The notes under the pieces: model-generated
Told to the model about the DNA's origin: nothing
Databases searched by the model: none
The model's input: only the letters and a program-made list of their open reading frames with translations
Position numbers and translations under genes: made by a program
Shown: positions 29,754 to 40,449 of the stretch, piece by piece
Layout of the letters: each line of letters starts with the position of its first letter
Position numbering within the stretch: position 1 is the stretch's first letter
From: Alphaproteobacteria bacterium
Lineage (GTDB): Bacteria; Pseudomonadota; Alphaproteobacteria; UBA7887
Direction of reading: 5' to 3'
Length of the DNA stretch: 64,000 nucleotides
Assembly: GCA_965216755.1 (NCBI GenBank)
Contig: CBDCGL010000011.1
Location: forward strand, 2,016,001-2,080,000

Positions 29754-30686
29754 ATGGCGCAAGCGGTCCTCGGTCCGTCGATGAACGACTCCACTACGGA
29801 GCGACTAGGTGGAGACGCAACCGTCGCGGATGATCACAGCGTATGTCTTGGCGGATTGACGCCACAAGAGTTCGCTCTTGAGGATGCGACTATCGCCGCG
29901 ATTCTTGCACCGGGTCCGCGACATCCAGTCATGTTTCTTCATGGCAATTCCTCATGTAAAGAGGTCTGGGTGCATCAGATCGCAGCCTTGCGGAAACGCG
30001 GACACGCGATTGCTGCCCCCGATTTGCCCGGCCATGGGCGAAGCACCAACGCCAAGAATGCAGTCTCTACATATAGTTTCCCGGGATATGCGAGTGTCGT
30101 CAGCCACCTGCTCGACGCGATCGGTTGGCCGACCGTCGACGTTGTCGGTTGGTCGTTGGGCGGCCATATCGGCCTGCAATGGCTCGCAACCGACAAGCGC
30201 GTGAGATCATTAACGATTGTTGGCACGCCGCCGGCTTGTCCGGGCCGGGCAGCGTTACAAGATGCATTCCATGTGTCATCAAGTATGGATCTGACAGGCA
30301 AACCTCACTTCACCGCCGTCGAAGCGTGCACCTACGCCGCGAGTACCCTGGGCGGCGCGAACTGGGTCTCACCCCACCTGCTCGAAAATGTACGACGCAC
30401 ACATGGCCTTGCGCGCCAAGAAATGTATTCAAACGCTGTTCGCGGCGAAGGGATCGATCAACGCCGCCTGGTGGAGACAGACCCCCGGCCGCTCTGCGTT
30501 TTCCATGGCGCAGGCGATCCTTTTGTACGCTTGGACTATCTGATTTCGCTGCAATATCGAAATCTTTGGGCGAATCAGGTCCACGTCATCGCGGATGCAG
30601 GACATGCGCCGCACTGGCAATATCCAGAAGCTTTTAATGCTGTCCTTTGTGCTTTTCTATCGGACTGCGTTGCACAAACAGATTGA
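29754..30686 (+). CDS. Alpha/beta hydrolase, AidH-like AHL lactonase
   Basis: HGNSS, APDLPGHGRS, YS..GYA, GWSLGGHIG, GTPP, PFV.LD, NLW...HVI.DAGHAP: the motif series I recall for Ochrobactrum AidH. Confidence 0.8.
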   Translation: MAQAVLGPSMNDSTTERLGGDATVADDHSVCLGGLTPQEFALEDATIAAILAPGPRHPVMFLHGNSSCKEVWVHQIAALRKRGHAIAAPDLPGHGRSTNAKNAVSTYSFPGYASVVSHLLDAIGWPTVDVVGWSLGGHIGLQWLATDKRVRSLTIVGTPPACPGRAALQDAFHVSSSMDLTGKPHFTAVEACTYAASTLGGANWVSPHLLENVRRTHGLARQEMYSNAVRGEGIDQRRLVETDPRPLCVFHGAGDPFVRLDYLISLQYRNLWANQVHVIADAGHAPHWQYPEAFNAVLCAFLSDCVAQTD

Positions 30687-31080
30687 GACATCCTCATCGA
30701 CCGCGTCACGATTTGAATTTCATACGGCTTTGAGTTTACAATCATTAGTTGACGCGCCCCGGACCAAGGGCGACGAATGATATGAGTACGTTCTTGACGC
30801 GAATCGGCCGTGAATGCGAACTGAACAGCTGATCCTGACAAGTCTCACCATCTCCGCTCGGAAGGGTGGTGGCGACCACTGCCTTATTCCTCATGGCGAC
30901 AACATCGTCACTCGTTGAGCACGGTTAACCATGCAGTGTTTCGATGCGGTCGATTTTTTTACGTGTTACGAACTTGTTTGGCCGATTCACCCGAAGTATC
31001 GGTTTTCGGAAATCTCATATGGCAGGGTGGGATCATGCGAGTTTGGCCCGCCCGATGAGAATTGGAGCGCATAAGACAAA

Positions 31081-31512
31081 ATGGTAGCCCAGCCCGCCCC
31101 TGTAGACGTTCACGTTGGAAGCCGAATCCTGCTTCGGCGAAAGCTTTTGGGCATGAGCCAAGACCAGTTGGCCAAGGCGATTGGTGTTACGTTCCAACAG
31201 GTGCAGAAGTACGAACGTGGCGCCAATCGCGTTGTTGCCAGCCGACTCTTCGAGATTGCCCGCGTTTTAAATGTACCGGTGTCGTTTTTCTTTGACGACA
31301 TTTCGACACTATCGGGTCAGAGCGCTGTGGGGCTGCTTAATCATGATGATTCGGTCGAAACACCTCCCCTAACCGCCCGTGAAACCATGGAAATTGCCAT
31401 GGTCTTTCACCGTATCCCGGATCGAGCGGTTCGCAAACGCATCTTCGATCTAATCAAGGCGATCGCCACCGGATTCGAACGAGCCAGCCCGGACGAACCG
31501 AAGCCGCTATAG
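31081..31512 (+). CDS. XRE-family HTH transcriptional regulator
   Basis: PVDVHVGSRI..RR..LGMSQ..LA.AIGVTFQQVQKYERGANRV.ASRL. Confidence 0.92.
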   Translation: MVAQPAPVDVHVGSRILLRRKLLGMSQDQLAKAIGVTFQQVQKYERGANRVVASRLFEIARVLNVPVSFFFDDISTLSGQSAVGLLNHDDSVETPPLTARETMEIAMVFHRIPDRAVRKRIFDLIKAIATGFERASPDEPKPL

Positions 31513-31532
31513 ATCTTGGGCGCCGACGGCCA

Positions 31533-32123
31533 TCAAGATCCCCCGCTAAATTCCGCCATACTGTCGACGAGCATCGCGGCAAGATGTCGGCAGAATGACG
31601 GTAAGACGTACAGCCAGTATGTTGGTTGCGGATCGGTCTTCTCGACAAAAACCTGGGTCCTTGCGATCACCGTCCCAACGACGCGACCGACCGCAAATAC
31701 GGACGGATGCAGGTCGATTAGGCAAAGCTTCTCAAGCACGCGTGTCGCCTTGGGCCCGGACAATTCCACAACCAAGCGAGACGACGAGGCATCGGTGATG
31801 GATACGTGCTGGCCGGCCAGTGTCCGACGCAAGATCGATTTCATCGCAGTGACATCGGGATGCACAACGAGCCAACAATCAGGCCCTAGCCACAGAACCT
31901 TTGCGCCCCCAGGGCTGGACGATACCGTGCACGGACCCAACGGCAGCGGGCATCCAACGGCGCCCATCGCCTCTTCTAGGAATGCCGGGTCATCCGGATT
32001 GCCGCGCAGATTGATCTGACACGCCAGTCGCACCTCTCGAACCGAAACCGCCGTCGACGAAGCGCCACTAAACGCCTCGGTGAACGCCGCGAGGCCGCTT
32101 CTTGGGTGCGCCCCGCTAGCCAT
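31533..32123 (-). CDS. soxG: Sarcosine oxidase gamma subunit
   Basis: INLRG, LWLGPD.WL, LSGP...L.K...IDLHP; overlaps soxA end. Confidence 0.88.
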   Translation of the reverse strand: MASGAHPRSGLAAFTEAFSGASSTAVSVREVRLACQINLRGNPDDPAFLEEAMGAVGCPLPLGPCTVSSSPGGAKVLWLGPDCWLVVHPDVTAMKSILRRTLAGQHVSITDASSSRLVVELSGPKATRVLEKLCLIDLHPSVFAVGRVVGTVIARTQVFVEKTDPQPTYWLYVLPSFCRHLAAMLVDSMAEFSGGS

Positions 32124-35121
32124 CGCGCCGTACCCCATTACGGTCATAAAAGTTGGGCGTGGTGATCGCGACGGGGTGAGACTTACCCTCAAGCGGCGCA
32201 TAGAGGCGCTCGCCGTGCCGGTTACGCCCGTGTTTGACCAGGCCAAGGGCAATCGAACGCCCAAGGGTGGCGCTCCAGTAGCTCGACGTCACATGCCCTT
32301 CCATGGCCACCGGCGGCCGTGACACCGGACGGGCGACCAGTTGTGCGCCCTCGGGGAGGACGACACGCGGATCATCGGTCAGGATGCCAACCAGCTGTTT
32401 GCGATCCCTGCGCTGATTGTCGGCGCGCAGAAAGGAACGTTTGCCGATGAAGTCACGCTTGTTTTTCGAGACAACCCAAGCCATGCCCAGATCCTGCGGC
32501 GAAACGGTCCCATCCGTCTCCTGACCAACGATGATGAAACCCTTTTCCGCACGCAGCACATGCATCGTCTCGGTGCCATATGGCGTTACGTCGACCGCCA
32601 CGCCGGCAGCCATTACGGCATCCCACAACGTGGCGCCATGCTGCCACGCAACATTGATCTCGTACGACAACTCACCGGTAAAAGAAATTCGAAAGACCCG
32701 TGCCGATAGTCCCGCGACCGTGCCATTGCGGTAGGTCATGAATGGAAAACTTTTGCTATCGAAGTCAATGTCTTCACAGATCTTTTCCATGATGACGCGC
32801 GATTTTGGCCCGGCCAACGCCACAGTCGCCCATTCTTCGGTCACTGCGGTGCAATAGACTCGCAATTCCGACCATTCGGTCTGCAAATAGTCCTCCAAGC
32901 AATCCAGAACAGCGTCGGCATGGCCGGTCGTTGTTGTGAGCAAAAAGCGATTCGTGGCCAGTCGGGTGGTCGTGCCGTCATCGAACACCATGCCGTCTTC
33001 GCGACACATCAAGCCATAGCGGATCGACCCGACCGCCAGCCCGCTCACATCACTTGTATAGACTCGATCCAAGAACGCGCCGGCATCGGGCCCCTGAACG
33101 TCAATCTTGCCAAGTGTAGAGGCGTCAAGAACACCGCAACCGCTGCGTACAGCCAAACATTCGCGCGAAACAGCGGCGCGCATCTCTTCTCCCAGCCTTG
33201 GGTAGTACCACGGTCGTTTCCACTGGCCGACGTCTTCGAACACAGCGTCATGAGCGGCGTGCCAATCATGTATCGCCGTGATCCGGATTGGGTCGAGCCT
33301 GTCATCCAGCTCGCGCCCGGACATCGCGCCGAATGGAACTGGTGTATAGGGCGGCCGAAATGTGGTGGTACCGGTGGCGTCGATGGTCTGCCCGGTCGCC
33401 ATGGCCAGGTTGGCGATCGCGTTGACATTGCCTGTTTTGCCCTGATCGGTGCCAAATCCGCTCAGCGTATAGCGCTTCATGTGCTCGACGTTTTCAAACC
33501 CTTCGCGAACGGCCAAGAGAATGTCGGCGGCCGTCGTGTCATTTTGAAAGTCGATGAAGTGCTTGTTCAGGTCCCCATGCGCCGCAGGTAAAATCCAGAC
33601 TGCATCACAATGTTCGACCACCGGATCGTCGGACTTGCAGGCCGGGGGGGCGACTTTCGGATCACTAGCACCGACGGCGGTCGCTGCTTTACGGCCGGCT
33701 GCCGCACCATCGCTCAGGCAGCTGTTCAGATCGAAGCGCCCGCCAACGCCACCGGCCCACGATATTGGGCCGCTGACGCGATCGGGAACAAAGCAAGCGC
33801 GCGACGGGTCGAACGCGAGCCGGCCGCGTGCGTGACACAACAAATGGACGACCGGGCTCCAACCGCCCGACATCATCACCAAGTCACAATCGAATTTGCG
33901 CGCCGGGCCGGCGACGGACGCGCCATCTTCGCTTAACGCCCGCACTTCGACGCCGCTGACGTGTCGCGCGCCTCCGACGCCGGTTATGCAACAACCATCG
34001 AGCACACGTAGCTCCAAATTGTCGGCGCGCGCCCGCGCCCAAGCGGCCACATCGCGACGCGTGTCGACGATCGCCGCCACGTCAATTCCCGCCTCTTTGA
34101 GATCAAATGCCGCCTGGTAGGCGCCGTCATTGTTTGTCAATAAAACGGCTTGCCGCCCTGGCGCCACACCATAGCGATTTACGTAGCTCCGCGCTGCGCC
34201 GGCCAGCATAATCCCGGGCCGATCATTGTTGGCGAACACCAACGGTCGTTCATGCGCGCCCGTCGTCAATATCACGTGTTTCGCGCGAATGTGCCAAAGA
34301 CGATAAAGTGTGCTCTCCGGGGTCGACGGTCGTTCAAAATCGTTAGATCGCCGTTCCAAAGCACACAGATAATTATCTTGGTAATAACCGAACACTGTGG
34401 TCCGGGACAGCAGGCGCACATCAGCGTTCGCGCACAACGCCGCGACCTGCTGGTCTACCCAATCCATCGCACCGGCACCATCGATCTGGTTTCGCGTGGA
34501 AAGAAGCGCACCGCCAAACTCGGCTTGCTCATCGGCCAAGATCACCCGCACGCCGGCCGCAGCCGCGGTTGATGCCGCGGCCAGCCCGGCCGGGCCACCG
34601 CCAACCACCAGTACATCGCAATGAACATGGCAGTGATCGTAGAAATCCGGGTCGGCTTTGGTGGGCGCTCGGCCCCAACCGGCCGCCATACGGATCATGG
34701 GTTCAAAGACTTTCATCCAGAGCGTTTGGGACGGCATGAAAGTCTTGTAATAGAAGCCGGCGGAAAGCAGCCCAGACAAACAACCCGCCACGGCCCCAAG
34801 ATCGAAGCGCACCGTCGGCCAGCAATTGACACTTGTGGCGACGAGCCCATCAAACAGCTGAATTTCAGTGGCCTTCAGGTTTGGGATTGTTCGTGCGCCG
34901 ATCCCCAACTGAACGAGTGCGTTGGGTTCCTCGACACCGCTGGCCACGATGCCCCGAGGACGATGGTACTTGATACTTCGGCCCACCAAGTGCCGGTCGT
35001 TGGCGATCAGGGCTGACGCAAGTGTGTCGCCCGCATACCCCGCCAGGCGTTCGCCGTTAAACGTAAACGACAATGGCTTTGCACGATCGATCCGACCGCC
35101 ATCAGGCAAGCGATAGCCCAC
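32116..35121 (-). CDS. soxA: Sarcosine oxidase alpha subunit
   Basis: GDTLASAL, RSIKYHRPRG, VVGGGPAGL, TGAHERP, DFQNDTT, KRYT..G.GTDQGK, GcvT-like C-terminus (RISFTGELSYE). Confidence 0.96.
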   Translation of the reverse strand: MGYRLPDGGRIDRAKPLSFTFNGERLAGYAGDTLASALIANDRHLVGRSIKYHRPRGIVASGVEEPNALVQLGIGARTIPNLKATEIQLFDGLVATSVNCWPTVRFDLGAVAGCLSGLLSAGFYYKTFMPSQTLWMKVFEPMIRMAAGWGRAPTKADPDFYDHCHVHCDVLVVGGGPAGLAAASTAAAAGVRVILADEQAEFGGALLSTRNQIDGAGAMDWVDQQVAALCANADVRLLSRTTVFGYYQDNYLCALERRSNDFERPSTPESTLYRLWHIRAKHVILTTGAHERPLVFANNDRPGIMLAGAARSYVNRYGVAPGRQAVLLTNNDGAYQAAFDLKEAGIDVAAIVDTRRDVAAWARARADNLELRVLDGCCITGVGGARHVSGVEVRALSEDGASVAGPARKFDCDLVMMSGGWSPVVHLLCHARGRLAFDPSRACFVPDRVSGPISWAGGVGGRFDLNSCLSDGAAAGRKAATAVGASDPKVAPPACKSDDPVVEHCDAVWILPAAHGDLNKHFIDFQNDTTAADILLAVREGFENVEHMKRYTLSGFGTDQGKTGNVNAIANLAMATGQTIDATGTTTFRPPYTPVPFGAMSGRELDDRLDPIRITAIHDWHAAHDAVFEDVGQWKRPWYYPRLGEEMRAAVSRECLAVRSGCGVLDASTLGKIDVQGPDAGAFLDRVYTSDVSGLAVGSIRYGLMCREDGMVFDDGTTTRLATNRFLLTTTTGHADAVLDCLEDYLQTEWSELRVYCTAVTEEWATVALAGPKSRVIMEKICEDIDFDSKSFPFMTYRNGTVAGLSARVFRISFTGELSYEINVAWQHGATLWDAVMAAGVAVDVTPYGTETMHVLRAEKGFIIVGQETDGTVSPQDLGMAWVVSKNKRDFIGKRSFLRADNQRRDRKQLVGILTDDPRVVLPEGAQLVARPVSRPPVAMEGHVTSSYWSATLGRSIALGLVKHGRNRHGERLYAPLEGKSHPVAITTPNFYDRNGVRRDG

Positions 35122-35124
35122 GGT

Positions 35125-35421
35125 TCAGGCTCTATCAGGTCGACATGGGACCGGCGGTGCCGTCTCGCCGACCTTGTAAACGACGAGTATTTCATAGGTC
35201 AATGTGTCACGTATTGCGTTGAACCAGCGTCGACAACCGGCCCAATGCATCCACCGCTCGCGATGGACACCTTTCGGACTGCGCCGAAAAAAAAGAAAAT
35301 CAGCCCATTCCTGGTCACTCTTCGCGGCGGGATCCAGAGGTCGGGATATGTGTGCTCCGCCGCCATATCGAAACTCTCGCTCTGGTCGCGAGCCACAGTA
35401 AGGGCATTCAATAAGCAGCAT
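35125..35421 (-). CDS. soxD: Sarcosine oxidase delta subunit
   Basis: MLLIECPYCG.RPE.EF, AHI.RP, ERW.H..GCRRWFN. Confidence 0.93.
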   Translation of the reverse strand: MLLIECPYCGSRPEREFRYGGGAHISRPLDPAAKSDQEWADFLFFRRSPKGVHRERWMHWAGCRRWFNAIRDTLTYEILVVYKVGETAPPVPCRPDRA

Positions 35422-35440
35422 GAACCCGGCTCCTGTTCGA

Positions 35441-36691
35441 TCAATGGGCAACTGCGGCTGCGCCATGTTCATCGACCAGCCGGCCGCTCACAAACCGCTC
35501 TAAGCCGAAAGGCGCGCTTAACGGGTGTGGCGTGTCTTGCGCGATCGTGTGCGCGAAACACCAACCAGACCCGGGCGTTGCCTTGAACCCGCCGGTCCCC
35601 CATCCGCCGTTTATGTACAATCCGTCGATCGGCGTTTTCGTGATGATTGGCGACGCGTCCGGACATATATCGACAATGCCGGCCCAGCTGCGCATCATGC
35701 GCAAACGACTGAACGTGGGAAATAACGCGCACAAGGCAGCCATTTGTTCTTCGACTATGTGAAAACTGCCGCGCTGGCCATAGCCGACATAGGCGTCGAT
35801 CCCAGCACCGATGACCAGCTCACCCTTATTCGACTGACTAACATAGACATGCACCGCGTTGGACATGACCACGCAGTTCAGCACAGGCTTTACCGGCTCC
35901 GACACCAAGGCCTGAAGGGGATGGCTCTCTATCGGCAGCCTCAATCCCGCCATCTCGCCCAAGACCGGTGTGTGCCCGGCTGCCACCAAAGCCACTTTCT
36001 TGGCTTTGATCATGCCACGGTTGGTTTGCACGCCGGACACCCGGCCGCGATCGCGCAGTATCCCGGTGACTTCGCACTGCTGGATAATATCGACCCCACG
36101 CGCATCGGCAGCCCGGGCATATCCCCAAGCGACAGCATCGTGGCGGGCCGTCCCGCCTCTACGTTGGAGGGTCGCCCCCATGACCGGATATCGCGGCCGT
36201 TGTGACGTATCGACAATCGGACAGAATTTCCTGACTTGCTCGGCGCTTAGCCATTCTGCGTCGACACCATTCAGCCGATTCGCGTAAACACGGCGTCTGC
36301 CTTCACGAACATCGTGAAGGTTATGCGCCAGGTTCAACACCCCCCTTTGGGAAAACATGACATTGTAGTTCAGGTCCCGGCTCAAACCCTGCCAAAGCTT
36401 GAGCGCATGTTCATAGATTGCCGCACTCTCGTCCCAAAGATAGTTCGATCGCACAATTGTCGTGTTGCGCCCCGTGTTGCCGCCCCCCAACCAGCCTTTC
36501 TCCAACACCGCAACCTTGGTGATGCAATGGTTCTTTGCCAAATAATACGCCGTTGCGAGGCCGTGGCCGCCGCCGCCGACAATGACAACGTCGTATTCCG
36601 CCTTCGGCTGTGGGTCGCGCCATTGCCGCGGCCATTTACGGTGATGGCTCAACGCGTTGCGCGCGAGCGAAAAGATCGAGAAACGTGTCAC
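35441..36691 (-). CDS. soxB: Sarcosine oxidase beta subunit
   Basis: [61 protein letters not shown]. Confidence 0.97.
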   Translation of the reverse strand: MTRFSIFSLARNALSHHRKWPRQWRDPQPKAEYDVVIVGGGGHGLATAYYLAKNHCITKVAVLEKGWLGGGNTGRNTTIVRSNYLWDESAAIYEHALKLWQGLSRDLNYNVMFSQRGVLNLAHNLHDVREGRRRVYANRLNGVDAEWLSAEQVRKFCPIVDTSQRPRYPVMGATLQRRGGTARHDAVAWGYARAADARGVDIIQQCEVTGILRDRGRVSGVQTNRGMIKAKKVALVAAGHTPVLGEMAGLRLPIESHPLQALVSEPVKPVLNCVVMSNAVHVYVSQSNKGELVIGAGIDAYVGYGQRGSFHIVEEQMAALCALFPTFSRLRMMRSWAGIVDICPDASPIITKTPIDGLYINGGWGTGGFKATPGSGWCFAHTIAQDTPHPLSAPFGLERFVSGRLVDEHGAAAVAH

Positions 36692-36892
36692 TGCCGGCTC
36701 TCAGAGTTCCTGATTCACCATCGCGTTCGGGCGCGCCACGCGGCTTCGGTCAATGTCGCGACACGATCGCCATGCAAATGTTAAACAGAGCCCGCAAGTC
36801 TCACCAGTCTGAACGAGTACTAATCAGAGTTGCCACCCGGCGCATCCCAAGAGGCACAACAACGAATTCTAGCGCATGATGTTGATGATGCC

Positions 36893-37681
36893 ATGATGAA
36901 ATTTGCAAGTGCCCTGGGTATCGCGCGATCGCTTTTGATCTATCATGCGATTCCATTTCGTGCGCGCCGAATGGGCCAGCTCTATCGTCAGTTTATGGGG
37001 CCCGGCGATCTTTGCTTCGATATTGGTGCACATAGTGGCAACCGGGTTGGCTGTTGGCGTCGACTTGGTGCGCGTGTTGTCGCGGTTGAGCCGCAGGCCG
37101 CATTTGTTCAGTTGCTGAGATGGCGTCATGGGGCCGATCCGCAGACCATCATTGAAGAGACGGCTGTCGGCCGAACAACGGGCCGCGCCACACTTCTGGT
37201 CAGTGCATTGACACCTACGGTCAGCACATTGTCCGAACAGTGGATCAAGAATGTGAGTCAAGACGCCGGCTTCGCCCATGTGCGTTGGTCCGCCCGCCAC
37301 GACGTTGACGTCACGACTCTAGATAATCTGATCGATCACTATGGTACGCCGGCCTTCGTCAAGATTGATGTCGAAGGCTATGAGGCCGACGTGCTCGCGG
37401 GTCTTTCGTCGCCGATCCCCGCGTTGTCTTTCGAATATGTACCGGCCGCCATCGATGTGGCGCTTACTTGTCTCGATCACTTGTCAGAACTTGGTCCCTA
37501 TCAATTCAACGTGTCCCGTGGTGAGAGCCATCGCCTGGTTTTTAAGACCTGGCTTGAGCCGGACGCGGTTCGCGCTTTTCTTTGTGCGCAGTCGCGGCGA
37601 GACAAATCTGGTGACATCTATGCGCATCGGACAGACGGTCGCCTGGCAACGGGGTTTGATACGTCAACTCGCCTGGAGTGA
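36893..37681 (+). CDS. FkbM-family methyltransferase
   Basis: FDIGAHSG, VVAVEPQ, TTLD.LI..YG.P.FVKIDVEGYE. Confidence 0.88.
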   Translation: MMKFASALGIARSLLIYHAIPFRARRMGQLYRQFMGPGDLCFDIGAHSGNRVGCWRRLGARVVAVEPQAAFVQLLRWRHGADPQTIIEETAVGRTTGRATLLVSALTPTVSTLSEQWIKNVSQDAGFAHVRWSARHDVDVTTLDNLIDHYGTPAFVKIDVEGYEADVLAGLSSPIPALSFEYVPAAIDVALTCLDHLSELGPYQFNVSRGESHRLVFKTWLEPDAVRAFLCAQSRRDKSGDIYAHRTDGRLATGFDTSTRLE

Positions 37682-38047
37682 TCGAAAGATGCACACAGCG
37701 GCACATCGATGCGCGTTTCGGATGTTGGCTGCTGGCATCTCACCCACACATTGTCCGACCAGATTGTCGGCGTATTGAGGCCGAGAACCTCAATCGTCGC
37801 CTACATATTGAGCGACGCCTTTACGCCGTGACGGGCTGGGCTGTGCGCGCGAAAACAGCTCGGCCAGGTCCAAGTGTGGACTTGGAAGATTCGTGCCATG
37901 CCGGGCCACCGGCACAACCGGGGTGGACTGCCCATAAACTTGTAAAAGATCATGGAAAATCCGCTGCACTATCATCCATAATATGTGGACACTTGCCTGG
38001 TCGCGCGGACAAAAGCGGCATGCGGGGAAATTGAGAGGGAGATTGAT

Positions 38048-39256
38048 ATGTCACGTGCGCCCGCACGCTTGTTTCATGCCGCTGCGGATCCGGCTTCAGT
38101 ACATTGGCAACGGTTCTCAGTTCCGTTCGAATATCCCGTTTGTTTCACAGACTCACTGTTTGACCCTGCAAATAGGGTGCTGCGCGATGTCCTCTGTCGT
38201 TTAGAACCGGACAAGCGCCATCGGTGTTTGGTGTTCCTCGACGACGGTCTGTTGCCCGCATGTCCGAATCTTGCAGGCGACATCAAAGGATACGCGCACC
38301 GACATGGGCGATCCATCGACTTGGTGGCGGATCCTATCGTCATCCCCGGGGGCGAGCGGATAAAATCCGAGCTTCATTTCGTTGAGCGCATGCAGCAGAG
38401 TCTGTATGACCATCACATCGACCGCCACTCTTACGTAATTGCGATAGGCGGCGGCGCGGTTCTTGACGCCGTCGGCCTGGTTGCCGCCACCACCCATCGC
38501 GGTGTCCGCCATATCCGCGTGCCAACAACCGTCTTGTCGCAAAATGATTCCGGTGTCGGCGTCAAGAATGGTGTCAACCTTTACGACCAAAAGAACTATG
38601 TCGGCACGTTTGCGCCGCCGTTCGCGGTCCTCAACGACTATGCATTCGTCAAGCAATTGCCGGCCCGCGACAAAGTTGCTGGCATGGCGGAGGCCGTCAA
38701 AGTCGCACTTATCCGAGATGGCAAGTTTTTTCACTGGCTCGAACGTCACGCCGACGACTTGGTGACGTTTGAACGCACCGCCATGGTTGAAATGATCCGC
38801 CGCTGTGCAGAGCTACATATGCATCAAATCGCACACGGCGGCGATCCGTTTGAGCAAGGCAGCGCGCGCCCCCTTGATTACGGCCATTGGTCCGCGCACA
38901 AATTGGAGGGCCTAACCCGATACCATCTTAGACATGGCGAAGCGGTCGCTATCGGACTCGCGCTGGATGCCCGATATTCCGTTGTATCGGGTTTGCTCGC
39001 GTCCGGTGCCGAAGACCGCATATTCTTCTTGCTCGAGCATTTGGGCTTTAAATTGTGGCATCCCGCGATCGAAATGACGAATGTCGATGGCAGGCTCAAG
39101 CTGCTGGATGGTCTCACGGATTTTCGCGAGCATCTCGGTGGCGAGTTGACAATAACCCTCCTGTCCGACATTGGTATCGGTGTCGAAGTTCACGAAATTC
39201 GGGAGGAACTCGTCGCCGAGGCGATCGATTGGCTGAAGGCGCGGGAATATACGTGA
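38048..39256 (+). CDS. eboD: 3-dehydroquinate synthase-like sugar-phosphate cyclase (EboD)
   Basis: GGE.IK, DRHSY..AIGGGAVLD, PTTVLSQNDSGVGVKNG, EAVKVALI, DPFE.GSARPLDYGHWSAHKLE; ebo context. Confidence 0.85.
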   Translation: MSRAPARLFHAAADPASVHWQRFSVPFEYPVCFTDSLFDPANRVLRDVLCRLEPDKRHRCLVFLDDGLLPACPNLAGDIKGYAHRHGRSIDLVADPIVIPGGERIKSELHFVERMQQSLYDHHIDRHSYVIAIGGGAVLDAVGLVAATTHRGVRHIRVPTTVLSQNDSGVGVKNGVNLYDQKNYVGTFAPPFAVLNDYAFVKQLPARDKVAGMAEAVKVALIRDGKFFHWLERHADDLVTFERTAMVEMIRRCAELHMHQIAHGGDPFEQGSARPLDYGHWSAHKLEGLTRYHLRHGEAVAIGLALDARYSVVSGLLASGAEDRIFFLLEHLGFKLWHPAIEMTNVDGRLKLLDGLTDFREHLGGELTITLLSDIGIGVEVHEIREELVAEAIDWLKAREYT

Positions 39257-40449
39257 TGCGGCTCGGCGGCGCGCCAGATCTAGGACACCTGACCTATTGC
39301 ACGAACATCCACGCCGGCGAAGATTGGCAAGAGGTCGATGCGGCCCTGCGTGAACATTTGCCCGAAATCAAAGCGGCGTTTTCACCCGAAAATGCTATGG
39401 GCATTGGATTGCGCCTATCCGCCACGGCCGCGCGCGGCTTAAGCAATCCTGAAACCATGGCCAGATTTCACCAGTTTCTTGCCGACGGCAATTATTACGT
39501 TTTCACATTAAATGGTTTTCCGTACGGCACATTTCATGGCGGTCGGGTAAAGGAAGAAGCTTACCGGCCGGATTGGAGCGAAGCTGACCGACTGACCTAC
39601 ACGAATCAATTGGCTCAGCTCTTGGCTGAGCTTCTGGATGAAAACATGGCCGGCAGCATCAGCACGGTGCCGGGCACGTTTGGACCGTGGGCCGGGGGTC
39701 GCATCGACGCGATTGTCGACAACCTGATCGCGCACGTTGCCTATTTGGTCGAACTTCAGGGACGAACGGGAACCACGATCGAGCTGGCTTTGGAACCAGA
39801 GCCGCGATGCCTGTTGGAAACGATCGCCGAAACGGCGGCATTCTTCGACGAGCGCCTATTTGCGCCGTCGGCCGAGGCCCGGTTGGCTGATTTGACCGGA
39901 TTGACGCGCGGCGAGGCGGCAACTGCGCTGCGCCGACATCTCGGCGTTTGCTATGACGTCTGTCACGCCGCGGTAGAATTCGAAGACCCGCAGGCGAGCA
40001 TCGCGCTATTGCAAAACGCGGGCATTCGCATTGGCAAACTGCAGCTCAGCGCGGCATTGCGGGTCATGGGAATTGACGACAACAAAAAATCACAATTGCA
40101 GCCGTTCGACGAACCGGTTTACTTGCATCAAGTGGTTGCCAATCGCAACGGCCACATGTCTCGCTATCTCGACTTGCCGGAAGCGCTCGCCCAAGGCGTA
40201 ACGGGCGAATCTGTTGAGTGGCGCATTCACTTTCACGTTCCCATTTTTCTGGAACAGATGAAGATGTTTTCGACAACGCAAGATTTCTTGCGGGAAATTC
40301 TGGCGATACACCGCGAAACGCCGATCTCCGAGCATCTTGAAGTTGAAACCTACACCTGGGATGTGTTGCCGGAGCAGTATCGAAATGTGAGCATCGGCGC
40401 CGCCATCGCGCGTGAGCTGAACTGGACGCGAGATCGGCTGGTGTCATGA
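39256..40449 (+). CDS. eboE: Metabolite traffic protein EboE (TIM-barrel, xylose isomerase-like)
   Basis: HLTYCTNIH, FTLNGFPYG.FH..VKE..Y.PDW, LEPEP, CYDVCHAAVEFE, EPVYLHQ, WRIHFHVP, EVETYTW. Confidence 0.92.
   Translation: MRLGGAPDLGHLTYCTNIHAGEDWQEVDAALREHLPEIKAAFSPENAMGIGLRLSATAARGLSNPETMARFHQFLADGNYYVFTLNGFPYGTFHGGRVKEEAYRPDWSEADRLTYTNQLAQLLAELLDENMAGSISTVPGTFGPWAGGRIDAIVDNLIAHVAYLVELQGRTGTTIELALEPEPRCLLETIAETAAFFDERLFAPSAEARLADLTGLTRGEAATALRRHLGVCYDVCHAAVEFEDPQASIALLQNAGIRIGKLQLSAALRVMGIDDNKKSQLQPFDEPVYLHQVVANRNGHMSRYLDLPEALAQGVTGESVEWRIHFHVPIFLEQMKMFSTTQDFLREILAIHRETPISEHLEVETYTWDVLPEQYRNVSIGAAIARELNWTRDRLVS

Noticed and set aside
38048-39256. Housekeeping aroB
   Set aside because: ebo context and the QNDSGVGVKNG / LDYGHWSAHKLE motifs indicate the EboD subfamily; no aroK adjacent.
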